A stretch of 64,000 nucleotides of DNA from Candidatus Harrisonbacteria bacterium (GTDB lineage Bacteria > Patescibacteriota > Minisyncoccia > UBA6257 > 1-14-0-10-44-23). A model generated the notes under the pieces. The model was given only the letters and a program-made list of their open reading frames with translations. It was not told where the DNA came from and ran no database searches. Of this stretch, positions 16,889 to 26,116 are shown piece after piece (within the stretch, counting starts at the first letter, position 1; every line of letters begins with the position of its first letter). Where the stretch lies: the NCBI GenBank assembly GCA_023255625.1, contig JAHFLF010000003.1, positions 2,105-66,104 of the forward strand, given 5' to 3'. Made by a program: the position numbers and the translations under genes.

Positions 16889-18409
16889 CTAAGTCCGACG
16901 CAAAACTTTCCCGTTTCGCACTCCTTGAAAGATACCGTCGCGCACCGCAAGCTCGCCTCCAACAATCACATGCACCGGCTGAAACCCTCCTTGTTTTGAG
17001 TGTGGCAGGAGAAGCGGCTGCAACACAGCAAGATCAGCCACCATGCCCTCTTTGAGTATGCCGCGGTCTTTGAAGTTAAGAATTTTGGCCGGCTTTGCAG
17101 TTATTTTATTAATCGCCCACTCCAGCTTGAGCCCACGCTCCATGCAAATATTCAGAAATTTGGAAAAGGTCTTGCTGGCCCGTTCATTTTCAATCACATT
17201 ACGATTTTCCAGTAAACTTGGGCTGTTGCTGGCAACTAGCGCCTTCTCGCCCATTAAAGCGTCAACAACCATTGAATAATTGATGTTCTTCCGAAAAACC
17301 ACTGCCTTTAATCTGGTGTAGCGCATTAGATTCAAAAGTCCTTGCTGGGCATCAACCTCCTGGGTCGCCGCGTATTCGGTCAAAGTTTTACCGATGCTGT
17401 AATCAAAGCCGGGCGCCCGAGCAATCACAACCTGATCACCCTGAATTTTCGCAAATTCTTTTTTAAGTTCTACCTCCTGGCCGGTATCTTTAATCAATTC
17501 CTGCATCTTTTCCAAACTTCCCTGCTGCGCCCATTGCGGCAAAAGAGTATAAATAGGCACGATACTGTAATCGAACGGGTAGGCGTCAAAATAGATCGGC
17601 GCATCTGTAGCACGAATCAGTTCAAGCGCAGCAGTAAACTGTTTTTCAAAACCGATAATTGGCCGGAAATGACTAATGATAGTCGGCACGCCGGTTTCTT
17701 TCGCAATCGCAATAGTTTCAGTTACAGATTGTTCGACATTTTCGGTCTCGTCGCGCAAATGAGTACCATAAACACCGTTAAATCTGGCGGCAATACTCGC
17801 CAGCATTTTAATCTCCGCAAATGGCGTGCCCCGCGAATGATTGTAAGCCAAACCAGTAGAAACCCCGATGGCCCCCTCCTCAATCGCCTGCCGAACAATC
17901 GAACTAGAAAGCTGAACTTCTGATTCGTTCAAATCCCGGATCTCTTCTCCCAGAATCCCACGCCGAACAGTAGAATGGCCAACGAGCGTAGCAAAATTAA
18001 CTCCCGGCGACAGAGTTTGTAGTGTCCAAAGCAGCTCCTCCATAGTGTGCCAATTCACATTCACCAAATTTATATCGCCCCATTTTCGAATTGATTCTAA
18101 AGTACCCTTAATCAATGGAGCTAGCGAACTGCCGCATTGCCCGCCGACTATGGTCGTAACGCCCTGCAGTAAAAAATCCTGCTGTGCCGGATCCGTAAAT
18201 AAGCTTAAATAGTGGTCGCTGTCTGTATTAACATCAATAAATCCAGGCGTTGTAATCATCCCTGCTCCATCTAGAACAACATCTGCCTGATTCGCACTAA
18301 AGTTACCAATTGCAGAGATAAGATCGTTCTTAATCAGAATGTCCGTAACTACGCCGGGAGTTCCAGTCCCGTCAATCACTGTGCTGCCTTTAATAAGAAT
18401 TGTGCCCAT
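16889..18409 (-). CDS. amidohydrolase-family protein (D-aminoacylase / N-acyl-D-amino-acid deacylase-like)
   Basis: 506 aa. MGTILIKGSTVIDGTG...GMITTPGFIDVNTDSDHY... resembles the metal-dependent hydrolase N-terminus, but the metal-ligand motif is degenerate. Confidence 0.55.
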   Translation of the reverse strand: MGTILIKGSTVIDGTGTPGVVTDILIKNDLISAIGNFSANQADVVLDGAGMITTPGFIDVNTDSDHYLSLFTDPAQQDFLLQGVTTIVGGQCGSSLAPLIKGTLESIRKWGDINLVNVNWHTMEELLWTLQTLSPGVNFATLVGHSTVRRGILGEEIRDLNESEVQLSSSIVRQAIEEGAIGVSTGLAYNHSRGTPFAEIKMLASIAARFNGVYGTHLRDETENVEQSVTETIAIAKETGVPTIISHFRPIIGFEKQFTAALELIRATDAPIYFDAYPFDYSIVPIYTLLPQWAQQGSLEKMQELIKDTGQEVELKKEFAKIQGDQVVIARAPGFDYSIGKTLTEYAATQEVDAQQGLLNLMRYTRLKAVVFRKNINYSMVVDALMGEKALVASNSPSLLENRNVIENERASKTFSKFLNICMERGLKLEWAINKITAKPAKILNFKDRGILKEGMVADLAVLQPLLLPHSKQGGFQPVHVIVGGELAVRDGIFQGVRNGKVLRRT

Positions 18410-18437
18410 TATTTTGAGTATAACACTCTTCTGGGAA

Positions 18438-18989
18438 TCATTGAACCTTAATAATGCCGCGATATTTACTGTCTAAGCGATTATAGTAGCCGTAAATTTG
18501 CTGACTATCTGAACCTGCTGAACCGGTCGAAAAAGTGTAAGTATAAGACTCACCGGGCTGCAGCCCGAATGTCGAATCAAGCGGCGGGTTAGTCTCACCG
18601 GCCGCAATTGGCCATAGCAAATTTTTGCTGCGATTAATAAAAGTTACAATTGGCCGCTGGCCAGATAAAACTACAGAGTTGGGCGCAAAGCCACTATTGG
18701 TATATATAATCTGAATCGTGCTCGGTGTCGAAACAGAACCGCCCACAAGAACACCGGCAGAATTTCCAGAATTGATAATCCCGACATTAACTCCTTTTGT
18801 GTCAGCAGATGACTTTGCGCTATTACTGGTGATCGTAGTTCTATCCGTGCTTGAAGCGCCCGGATAATACTCTCCGGGTTTCTTACTAGGATTAAGCAAA
18901 TTCCCGGCAAAAAAGAAAAGCAAAAAACCGGTCGCGATTATTAAAAGAATGACGGCCGTTGTAGATCCTTTTGCAACAAAAAAACGCAT
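18438..18989 (-). CDS. hypothetical membrane-anchored, Ser/Thr-rich protein
   Basis: Start moved to MRFFVAKGSTTAVILLIIATG because the tracked N-terminus overlaps the 5S rRNA. No family recognised. Confidence 0.35.
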   Translation of the reverse strand: MRFFVAKGSTTAVILLIIATGFLLFFFAGNLLNPSKKPGEYYPGASSTDRTTITSNSAKSSADTKGVNVGIINSGNSAGVLVGGSVSTPSTIQIIYTNSGFAPNSVVLSGQRPIVTFINRSKNLLWPIAAGETNPPLDSTFGLQPGESYTYTFSTGSAGSDSQQIYGYYNRLDSKYRGIIKVQ

Positions 18990-19044
18990 ACATTTAGTAT
19001 AGCATCTGGCAAAATAAAATAGCACATCTGAAGCACCGGCAAAT

Positions 19045-19152
19045 CCTACTTTCCCAGCAGGCAGAACCCGCAAGTATCATCGGAATAATTGGCTTTCACT
19101 TCTCTGTTCGGAATGGGAAGAGGTGGGACACCAAATATCAAATCACCGGCAC
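19045..19152 (-). rRNA. rrf: 5S rRNA
   Basis: Reverse complement matches the 5S consensus segments ...CATCGG..GCTTTCACTTCT.TGTTCGG.ATGGG..AGGTGGGAC.ACC. The exact ends are uncertain. Confidence 0.6.
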
Positions 19153-19195
19153 ATCACATGCGCCATTTTTATTAGGGATTAGCACAGTTTCTCGA

Positions 19196-19240
19196 ATTTC
19201 TCATTCGTACTTTCGTACTAAATTCGTAATTCGTAGATCT
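19196..19240. repeat. TTCGTA iteron motif (4 x TTCGTA) in the 23S-5S spacer; second copy at 37578-37620
   Basis: tctcattcgtactttcgtactaaattcgtaattcgtagatct versus ttattcgtactttcgtgaattaattcgttattcgtagctct. Confidence 0.5.
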
Positions 19241-19596
19241 ACAGTGCTTGAATGATCAGTCTAGTATGTCATCTTTCAACGAGAACCCATATATATGGCG
19301 CTCGTTGAACGACAACATCATTAGCGTCCCGCCAAAGGCGGGACTAGTAGTTAGTTGCGATGGCATATTAGTACGTCTCGGCTACACACCTTACGGTGCT
19401 TACACCTAACGCCTATCAACGTAGTAGTCTTCTACGAACCATCAAACATCCTTTCGAATATTCTGGTATCTAATCCTGGAGTTGGCTTCGTGCTTAGATG
19501 CTTTCAGCGCTTATCCATTCCGAACGTAGCTACCCGGCACGTCTACTTGGTAGTAGAGCCGGTACACCAGCGGTTCGTTCAATCCGGTCCTCTCGT

Positions 19597-20117
19597 CACG
19601 ATATTCTTGCGAATACTTTTCCCCTCTCACGAGGAGCGTAGACTATATCTTGACCCACCCTAAATCGCTTTTGCGACCGGGTAAAGGGTCTCGGCATCTT
19701 ACAAATGCAGCCCTGTCTGCGAAACATATCGCAAACTTTCTGGAACTACATAAGTCCGCCCGTTATCCCGCTGTTAGCGGAACCGGAACAAGTCGTTACG
19801 GGGTCAAGCGCGAAATACGCGCAAGTTGAAAGTTTATCAAGTTTATAAAGTTATAAAGTAGAAACGGAAACCCGCATCCACTTGATGAACTTTACAAACT
19901 TTCAACTTTACAAACTTGCGTGCTTTGCACGCCGACTTCCCACGGTATTGTCTTATTACTTTTCTGGTCCTCAAGCTTGTACGCCTTTGGCGTATAAATT
20001 GTACCACGCGTTTGAGGACTAACTCTCGCTTGGTTATCAACAGACCAGACCGTCATAAGATTCCACCGTTATTAGCCGAATTTTCATCACGCATTACTGC
20101 ATGAAGTAGCAAACTTT
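19597..20117 (-). ncRNA. group I intron A (ORF-less, ~521 nt) in the 23S sarcin-ricin loop region (between U2656 and A2657, E. coli numbering, inferred)
   Basis: P7/P9.0 core AAGATATAGTCTACGC on the minus strand. Removing 19597-20117 reconstitutes CCTAGT|ACGAGAGGACCGG. It contains a copy of the AAGTT composite palindrome (19806-19933). Confidence 0.6.
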
Positions 20118-20315
20118 ACTAGGATCGACTCTCCTCCGATACCATACGCCTGCAACAGATAGAGACCAACCTGTCTCACGACGGTTTGAACCCAGCTCAC
20201 GTGCCCTTTTAATTGGCGAACAGACAAACGCTTGGGAGCTTCTTCACCCCCGCGCTAGGGCGAGCCGACATCGAGGTGCCGAGCGTTGCCGTCGATAGGA
20301 ACTCTCGAGCAACAC

Positions 20316-20350
<35 letters not shown>

Positions 20351-20705
20351 TCTTTGTGCTTTCTATAAAGCAACATCGGGTCACTAAGTTCTGCTTTCGC
20401 ATCGGCGCGACTTGTAGGTCTTGCCGTTAAGCCAGCATGTGCCTTTACACGTTCAGCCCGATTTCCATCCGGGCCAAGCTGACCTTAATAAACTCCTCCG
20501 CTACTCTTTAGGCTTGTTGTTAGTTGCATGCATCATTTCTGTGCATCGCTTCATGTCGCCATGAAGGTCAGACTATATCTTCAGCATATCCGGATATGAT
20601 TGCTGTTTGGCGTATAGTCGTTGAGGACTCTCTTATTGAAGCTGAAAGAAGGAGTGAAATAAATAATTAATACATAATAACTACTTCACGTCCACGCGAT
20701 GCGTG

Positions 20706-20781
20706 TGGTGGGCTCTGAAGGACTTAAACCTCCGACCTCCTGGATTTCAACCAGGTGCTCTAGCAGCTGAGCTAAGAGCCC
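20706..20781 (-). ncRNA. tRNA-like structure 1 inside intron B: full cloverleaf with a Phe(GAA) anticodon arm and encoded CCA, but the D/T tertiary invariants are altered
   Basis: Minus strand: GGGCTCT TA GCTC AGCTGCTA GAGC A CCTGG TTGAAAT CCAGG AGGTC GGAGG TTTAAGT CCTTC AGAGCCC A CCA. C19 and U56 replace G19/C56. T-loop is TTTAAGT. Confidence 0.5.
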
Positions 20782-20797
20782 ACTTGTTCGCATTTTT

Positions 20798-20889
20798 TGG
20801 AGCGGGCGAGAGGATTCGAACCTCTACCCTATCGCCGCCAAAGCCCTTGCGGGCTCAAGGGGCTTGCCCTGCCGTTAGACCACGCCCGC
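20798..20889 (-). ncRNA. tRNA-like structure 2 inside intron B: class II-like (long extra arm) with canonical acceptor, D and T arms but an aberrant anticodon region
   Basis: Minus strand: GCGGGCG TG GTC TAACGGCAG GGC A AGCCCCTTGAGCCCGCAAGGGCT ... AGAGG TTCGAAT CCTCT CGCCCGC T CCA. U8, GG in the D-loop and T-loop TTCGAAT are present. No 5-bp stem plus 7-nt anticodon loop can be drawn. A GCAA-tetraloop hairpin AGCCC/GGGCT occupies the region. Confidence 0.4.
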
Positions 20890-21407
20890 TCCGTTACAAC
20901 ATTGCTTGCGATTTTCCTCCTTCTTTCAACTTCAATAAGGTTGCCTGCTGATTGTCCGCATCGATCTTGAATTTTTACCCTTTTCGACAAGAGGTATCAA
21001 GATATGCCCGGATATTCCAGCATATAGCCAAATTTTTTACCGTTAACCCCCATATGCGCAGAGGCACATATATACTTGAGGATAACGCCCCATTAAAACT
21101 GCCCACCAGGCACTGTCCCGCGACGTTTTTGCCGTCGAGGTTAGAATCTAAAATTTTACAGATGGCTGTTTCATTGTTGGATCCATGTCTCCCGAAAGAG
21201 ACACTTCAAATCCTCGCCACTACGCTACGCAGTAAAATCCTAGAGCCAATACCAAGCTACAGTAAAGCTCCCGGGGTCTTTTCGTCTTGCTGCAGGTACC
21301 CAGCGTCTTCACTGGACTCGCATTTTCACCGAGCTCTTCGTTGAGACAGTTCTCCACTCGTTACACGATTCGTGCGCTTCGGAACTTACCCGAAAAGGAA
21401 TTGCGCT

Positions 21408-21956
21408 CACTATTGTTACTATCCGCCAGCTTGCGGACGGATGAATATTTCTATTCACCTCTATGCATTACTGCACAGGTCGGACTATATCTTCATATAT
21501 GCGTTATCAGGCGCATACTGTTCGGCGTGTAGTCTCTACAGGGTCATATTGAAGCTGAAAGAAGGATGCGAAGTGTATCGCTACTCCTTCGTATCCGCGC
21601 GGAAGGCGCGAAAGAGAGGTGACGGGTCTCATGTATTTACCCGCATTGCAATAAAGACTCGTAGTCTTTAATCTTGAGGCAACCGGCTCGCCCCGAATTG
21701 CACTGCAGCCCTTGCGGGTTCTGCAGGAAGCAGCCATACCATCCGAAGGCAACAGGCTCGAGTAGTCTGGTGGACGCTGTGCGCCACTCGAATCTCTTCC
21801 GCCTACATCGGAGCTAACCCTTGCTTCTCACACCCCTCTCATTTTCCTTCTTTCAACTTCAATAGACTTCCCTCGGTATTGTCCAAGACAAAATTTCCTT
21901 TCCTATATTCTTGGATGTTCACCGATATAGCCAAATTTTACTAAGGCAAGCAATTC
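21408..21956 (-). ncRNA. group I intron C (ORF-less, ~549 nt) at 23S helix 69, site L1917 (inferred)
   Basis: P7 3'/P9.0 AAGATATAGTCCGACC plus P9 hairpins GGTGAATAGAAATATTCATCC and TCCGCAAGCTGGCGGA. Removing the intron joins ...TAACTATAATCGTTCTAAGGT|AGCGCAATTCC, which matches the E. coli sequence CUAAGGU|AGCGAAAUUCC. Confidence 0.65.
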
Positions 21957-22004
21957 ACCTTAGAACGATTATAGTTATCGCTGACATTGACGAGGGCTTC
22001 GGGC

Positions 22005-22130
22005 AGTGCGCATGCCCTGCGCACAAGTCGCAAGTTTATCAAGTTCTTCAAGCTCGAAAGTAGAAACCGGAATTCGGCCTTACTTGATAAACTTGATGAA
22101 CTTTTTACTTGACGAACTGTGTGCAGAGCA
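22005..22130. repeat. AAGTT composite palindromic element, copy in the 23S helix 68 region
   Basis: GCGCACAAGTCGCAAGTTTATCAAGTTCTTCAAG ... CTTGATAAACTTGATGAACTTTTTACTTGACGAACTGTGTGC, flanked by small GCGCA..TGCGC hairpins. It replaces about 25 nt of E. coli sequence with about 135 nt. Confidence 0.6.
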
Positions 22131-22261
22131 CACACCCACCGTTAACCTTCTCGCATCGGTCACGTGTCACCCCCTATACATCCTCTTGCGAGTTAGCAGG
22201 GAGTTGTGTTTTTGATAAACAGTCGGCAGAGATACTTTCGCTGCGGCCCCGCGCGCACAGC

Positions 22262-22391
22262 GCGCAAGTCACAAGTTTATCAAGTTCATAAAGTTATAAA
22301 GTAGAAACGGGAATCGCTTCCGGTATTCACTTGATGAACTTTACGAACTTTCAACTTGATGAACTGCGTGCTGCGCACGCCGGGCAGGCCT
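22262..22391. repeat. AAGTT composite palindromic element, copy replacing 23S helix 63; about 85% identical to the copy inside intron A
   Basis: gcgcgcacagcgcgc + caagtcacaagtttatcaagttcataaagttataaagtagaaac...cacttgatgaactttacgaactttcaacttgatgaactg + cgtgctgcgcacgcc. Confidence 0.6.
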
Positions 22392-23595
22392 TATTGCTAA
22401 CTTACGGCCGCTTTTTTGCCGAGTTCCTTAACGAAGATTCACTCGTTCCCCTGAGGATACTCTCCTCACCCACCAGTGTCGGTTTACGGTACGATGCACA
22501 TGTTCTAAACTTAGAAGTTTTTCTTGGAAGGCTATTCTGCTGTATTAGTCTTGGAAAACCAAAACCTTATCGGAACGCGCGCACTACTACATTAAAGTAA
22601 GCTACCCGGATTTACCTGGATAACAGTGCTTATCGTCCTAAACGCCAAACCATTAAGGCGCACAGCTCTATGTCCTCCGTCACTCCATCGCACAAACATG
22701 CGCGGGCCGGAATATTAACCGGCTTCCCATTAGCTACGGTTCTCACCATTGCCTTAGGATCGCCTAACCCGCGGTTGATTGCCATTGCCGCGGAAACCTT
22801 GGATTTTCGGGGTACGCGTTTCTCACGCGTATTGTGGTTACTTGTGCCAACATTCTCTCTTCCAAACGCTCCACGGGCTCTCACGAGTCCCGCTTCACAG
22901 CTATATTCGTCCTTCAACGAATGATTGGAATGCTCTCCTACCGCGCCACCTGATAAATCAAGTGACACCCGCAATTTCGGTACTATGTTTAGCCCCGGTA
23001 CATTTTCGGCGCAGTCGCCCTCGAATAGTGAGTTGTTACACACTCTTTAAAGGATGGCTACCTCTAAGCCAACCTCCTATCTGTCTATGGGAAACTACTA
23101 CCTTTAACACTTAACATAGATTTAGGGACCTTAATTTGCGATCTGGGCTCTTCCCCTCGCGACCATGGAGCTTTGCCCCCACAGTCTAACTAGCTAGACG
23201 TTTTATGTGAGTATTCGGAGTTTAACTGAAATGTCGCCCTTTCGGGCTGTACACCTCAACTAGTAGCTCTACCCCTCACATGATGTCTCTAGCCGCTAGT
23301 CCGAAAACTATTTCGGAGAGAACCAGCTATTACCAAGCTCGATTAGCTTTTCACTTCTTATCCCAAGTCATCCCAGGGTTTTGCACAACCCACGAGTTCG
23401 GTCCTCCATAGGATTTTACTCCTACTTCAACCTGCTCAGGACAAGCTCGCCTTGGCTTCGGGTCTTATGTATGCCGCTTATTGTCGCGCTATTAACACTC
23501 GGTTTCCCTACGCCTCCACCGCCGAAGCGGCTTAGACTAATGCGACACACATAAACTCGTTGGCTCATTCTTCAATAGGCACATAGTCACCCCAC

Positions 23596-23735
23596 GCGCA
23601 CCTCACTGCTGTGACGTGCGCAATTTTCAATTACCAATTTTCAATTTTCAAACAATTTTGAAATTAATCAATTGTTTAGAAATTAGAAATTAGAAATTAG
23701 AAATTGCGCACTCTCACGACAGTGAGATGCGCGCT
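23596..23735. repeat. Insertion in 23S helix 25 region: AT-rich cassette (same family as 7519-7622 and 57325-57435) closed by GC-rich inverted repeats
   Basis: gcgcacctcactgctgtgacgtgcgc | aattttcaattaccaattttcaattttcaaacaattttgaaattaatcaattgtttagaaattagaaattagaaattagaaatt | gcgcactctcacgacagtgagatgcgcgc. Confidence 0.6.
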
Positions 23736-23798
23736 GGGGGCTCCTATTCATTGTAAGCGTACGGTTTCAGGTACTATTTCACCGCCCTTACCGGGCTG

Positions 23799-23839
<41 letters not shown>

Positions 23840-23935
23840 TGAAGTGTATTTAGCCTTACCGGATAGTACCGGTATGTTCCCGCATAGTTTATTTGCCACG
23901 CGGTACTCTAGAAATCTCATATTGCTACAAGACCA

Positions 23936-24195
23936 GTCCTGTATGTCACATATGCCGCGAAATGCGGAAGCATTAAAATTGTCGAGACCGCGACGCGAGT
24001 GGCGAGACATATGGCTATGCCATAAGCTCGACGCTCGCAACAAAGGTATCGACAATTTTAATGCTTTGACGGGCTAATTTTTGCCTGATTCTTTGTTGCT
24101 TGTCGTAGCCATAGCTAAAGCTATTGTCTACTCCGCGCGCCTAGAATCATGCCAAAATTCGCACCGCCGCATTCGTGTCATATGTGACATACAGG
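23936..24195. repeat. ~260-375-nt insertion in 23S domain I (between E. coli positions ~200 and ~460) with nested perfect inverted repeats
   Basis: Outer 17-bp inverted repeat: cctgtatgtcacatatg (23936-23952) / catatgtgacatacagg (24179-24195). Inner 16-bp inverted repeat: gcattaaaattgtcga (23967-23982) / tcgacaattttaatgc (24046-24061). There is an rRNA-length excess of about 375 nt here. Confidence 0.6.
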
Positions 24196-24694
24196 ACAAA
24201 AAACGAGAGTCAGAACTGTTTTCGCATACTGGGCTATCACCATCTTTGGCGCGTCTTTCCAGGCGCTTCTGCTAACAGACTGTTTTTTAACTCTCTTTTT
24301 ACAAATCACGCAGCAGCCGTAAAGCTGCTCCGTGAAAAGTAAAAGTGTTTTTCTCTAAACCCCCAAAAGATTTATTGCTAAATCCCTCGAGTTTGGGCTC
24401 TTCCGTTTTCGCTCGCCGCTACTAACGGAATACAATTTGTATCTTTTCCTCTGGTTACTGAGATGTTTCACTTCACCAGGTTGACGAACGCATCACTTAT
24501 GTATGCGAACTATGTCGGGTTACGACATAAGGTTTCCCCATTCGGAAATCTCCGGATCACAGGTTGCTAACACCTCCCCGAAGCTTATCGCAGCTACGCC
24601 ACGTCCTTCATCGCCACTTCATGCCAAGGCATCCACCGTACGCCCTTTAACGCTCTGACGCATGTCAGAGCTCACTAACCACATAATGCTCAAG

Positions 24695-24812
24695 CGCGCA
24701 TAGCGCGCAAGTAACAAGTGGCACAAGTGAAAACTGGTAAACAAGTGAATGCAAATCCACTTGCCTACTCGTGTCTACTTGTTTCTACTTGCGAACTGCG
24801 TGCTACGCACGC
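24695..24812. repeat. AAGTT composite palindromic element, copy in the 23S leader
   Basis: gcgcgcatagcgcgc aagtaacaagtggcacaagtgaaaactggtaaacaagtgaatgcaaatccacttgcctactcgtgtctacttgtttctacttgcgaactg cgtgctacgcacgcc. Confidence 0.55.
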
Positions 24813-25384
24813 CTGAGACTAGACTGATCATTCAAGCACTGCACCGCCTTCGCGGTGAAGTCGCCCGTCTTGCTTTCGCAAAACTTTGTTTACTCCGACG
24901 GCAAGTCGAAGCGAGCTATCTATTTTCAAATGCGACTAAGAAAAAAGAATCGCTCGATTTTGTCATAATTTCAAACATGGATATACAGTAAATACGATGT
25001 TTTACTTTCACGACTCCGGCACGCTTGCCCTAACAAGCGCATAGCCGGCTCTATATATAGAAGACACATTACTACTTAAGCGCCGCCCTACGGACGACTG
25101 GTAATAATGTCTTTTCTATACTGGATCTGTAAAGGTGCAACTTCACTTATCCAGTCCTACAAGCAACCAATGTTTCTTACTAGCCAGCGAAGGAATTACC
25201 CGCGCCGTTGGCGGGGTCAATTTCTTGGTAGAAATTGAAAACCGCTCTTTTCGAGCGGCTACGAAACCAACTCAAACTTTTCCTACTTGTCCGCCTCAGG
25301 CGGAATCGGAAAAGTTCAATGGTTTTTGTGCCGCAGGAATTAAGATAAAATTTAACATTTAGTAGCTAGTGACTGATGGGAAAG

Positions 25385-25412
25385 AGTATAGCAAAGACCA
25401 AAAAACTGTCAA
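25385..25412 (-). promoter_or_regulatory. Candidate rRNA operon promoter (TTGACA - 16 nt - TATACT), about 750 nt upstream of the mature 23S 5' end
   Basis: Minus strand TTGACAGTTTTTTGGTCTTTGCTATACT; near-consensus -35 and -10. Confidence 0.5.
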
Positions 25413-26116
25413 GTAGAACTTATGCACTTGACGAAAAAATAGAACTGCATGAGAATATAGATTCGATCCAATCCTACTCGAGTTCAAGGGATCGGGCGGA
25501 GTATCTACCGCCCTACCCGCGCGCAGAAACTGTGCGCCAAATTGAGCGAGTTAAGGGCGATGGTTAGCCACGAATCCAGCTCGTAGTGCGTCGAGCACCG
25601 AGCATCATGTAAGCCGACGCGGATAGCCGGCACCCCAACGAGGAGCTCACTCGGTAAGGCATGATGAAGTGGAAAGGCACTCGACAATCGAGAACCATCG
25701 CCCTAGGAAAAGGATCTCCGCGTCAATAACGCGGGTGCAGAGAAGCATGCGGCTTCCACGAACTCCACCCCCCTAACCGCATTGTGGATTTTGCACTCGC
25801 GCCAATCTCATGCTCACCCCAGCTTCGGCAAGGGTGGGCATGTCTATTTTTATACACTGGCAGTAATTTATTTTCAGAGTATAATAAAATAGCAAATCTC
25901 GAGCTGGTGGAGGGAAGCACAGCTGTCACACAAAAGTCCTGCCCGGACACCCGCGACAGCGCTTGGCTCATGCAGGTACGGACGCCGAGTTTCAGCTCAA
26001 AAACCGGTCGGCCCACACGCAACCTCTCTTCCGAGGCGCCTCTGCACTTCACCAGCTCCCCGCCTTACCGGACGATGTTCACTCCCGAACATCGTCCGTT
26101 CTCTATTCCAATTAAT

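Larger units (their letters stand above)
20513..21076 (-). ncRNA. group I intron B (ORF-less, ~564 nt) at about E. coli 23S position 2256, carrying two tRNA-like structures
   Basis: P7 5' GACTATACG, then P8, then P7 3'/P9.0 AAGATATAGTCTGACC, then a P9 GNRA hairpin TTCATGGCGACATGAA. The flanking exons join to ...GGGGCGTTATCCTC|CTAAAGAGTAGCGGAGGAG. Confidence 0.65.

Noticed and set aside
21575-21845. Additional tRNA genes inside the inverted-repeat-closed insert of intron C
   Set aside because: It contains several hairpins (CTGCAG..CTGCAG, GGGTAAATACATGAGACCC, a CCA-ending stretch), but no cloverleaf with T-loop or acceptor pairing could be drawn.
25440-26110. tmRNA, RNase P RNA or SRP RNA downstream of metG
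   Set aside because: Diagnostic strings (GGAAAGTCCGGGCTCC, the tmRNA tRNA-like 3' end with TTCGA and an ACCA terminus, the SRP GGAA tetraloop motif) could not be found by eye. It is left as an unassigned structured region.
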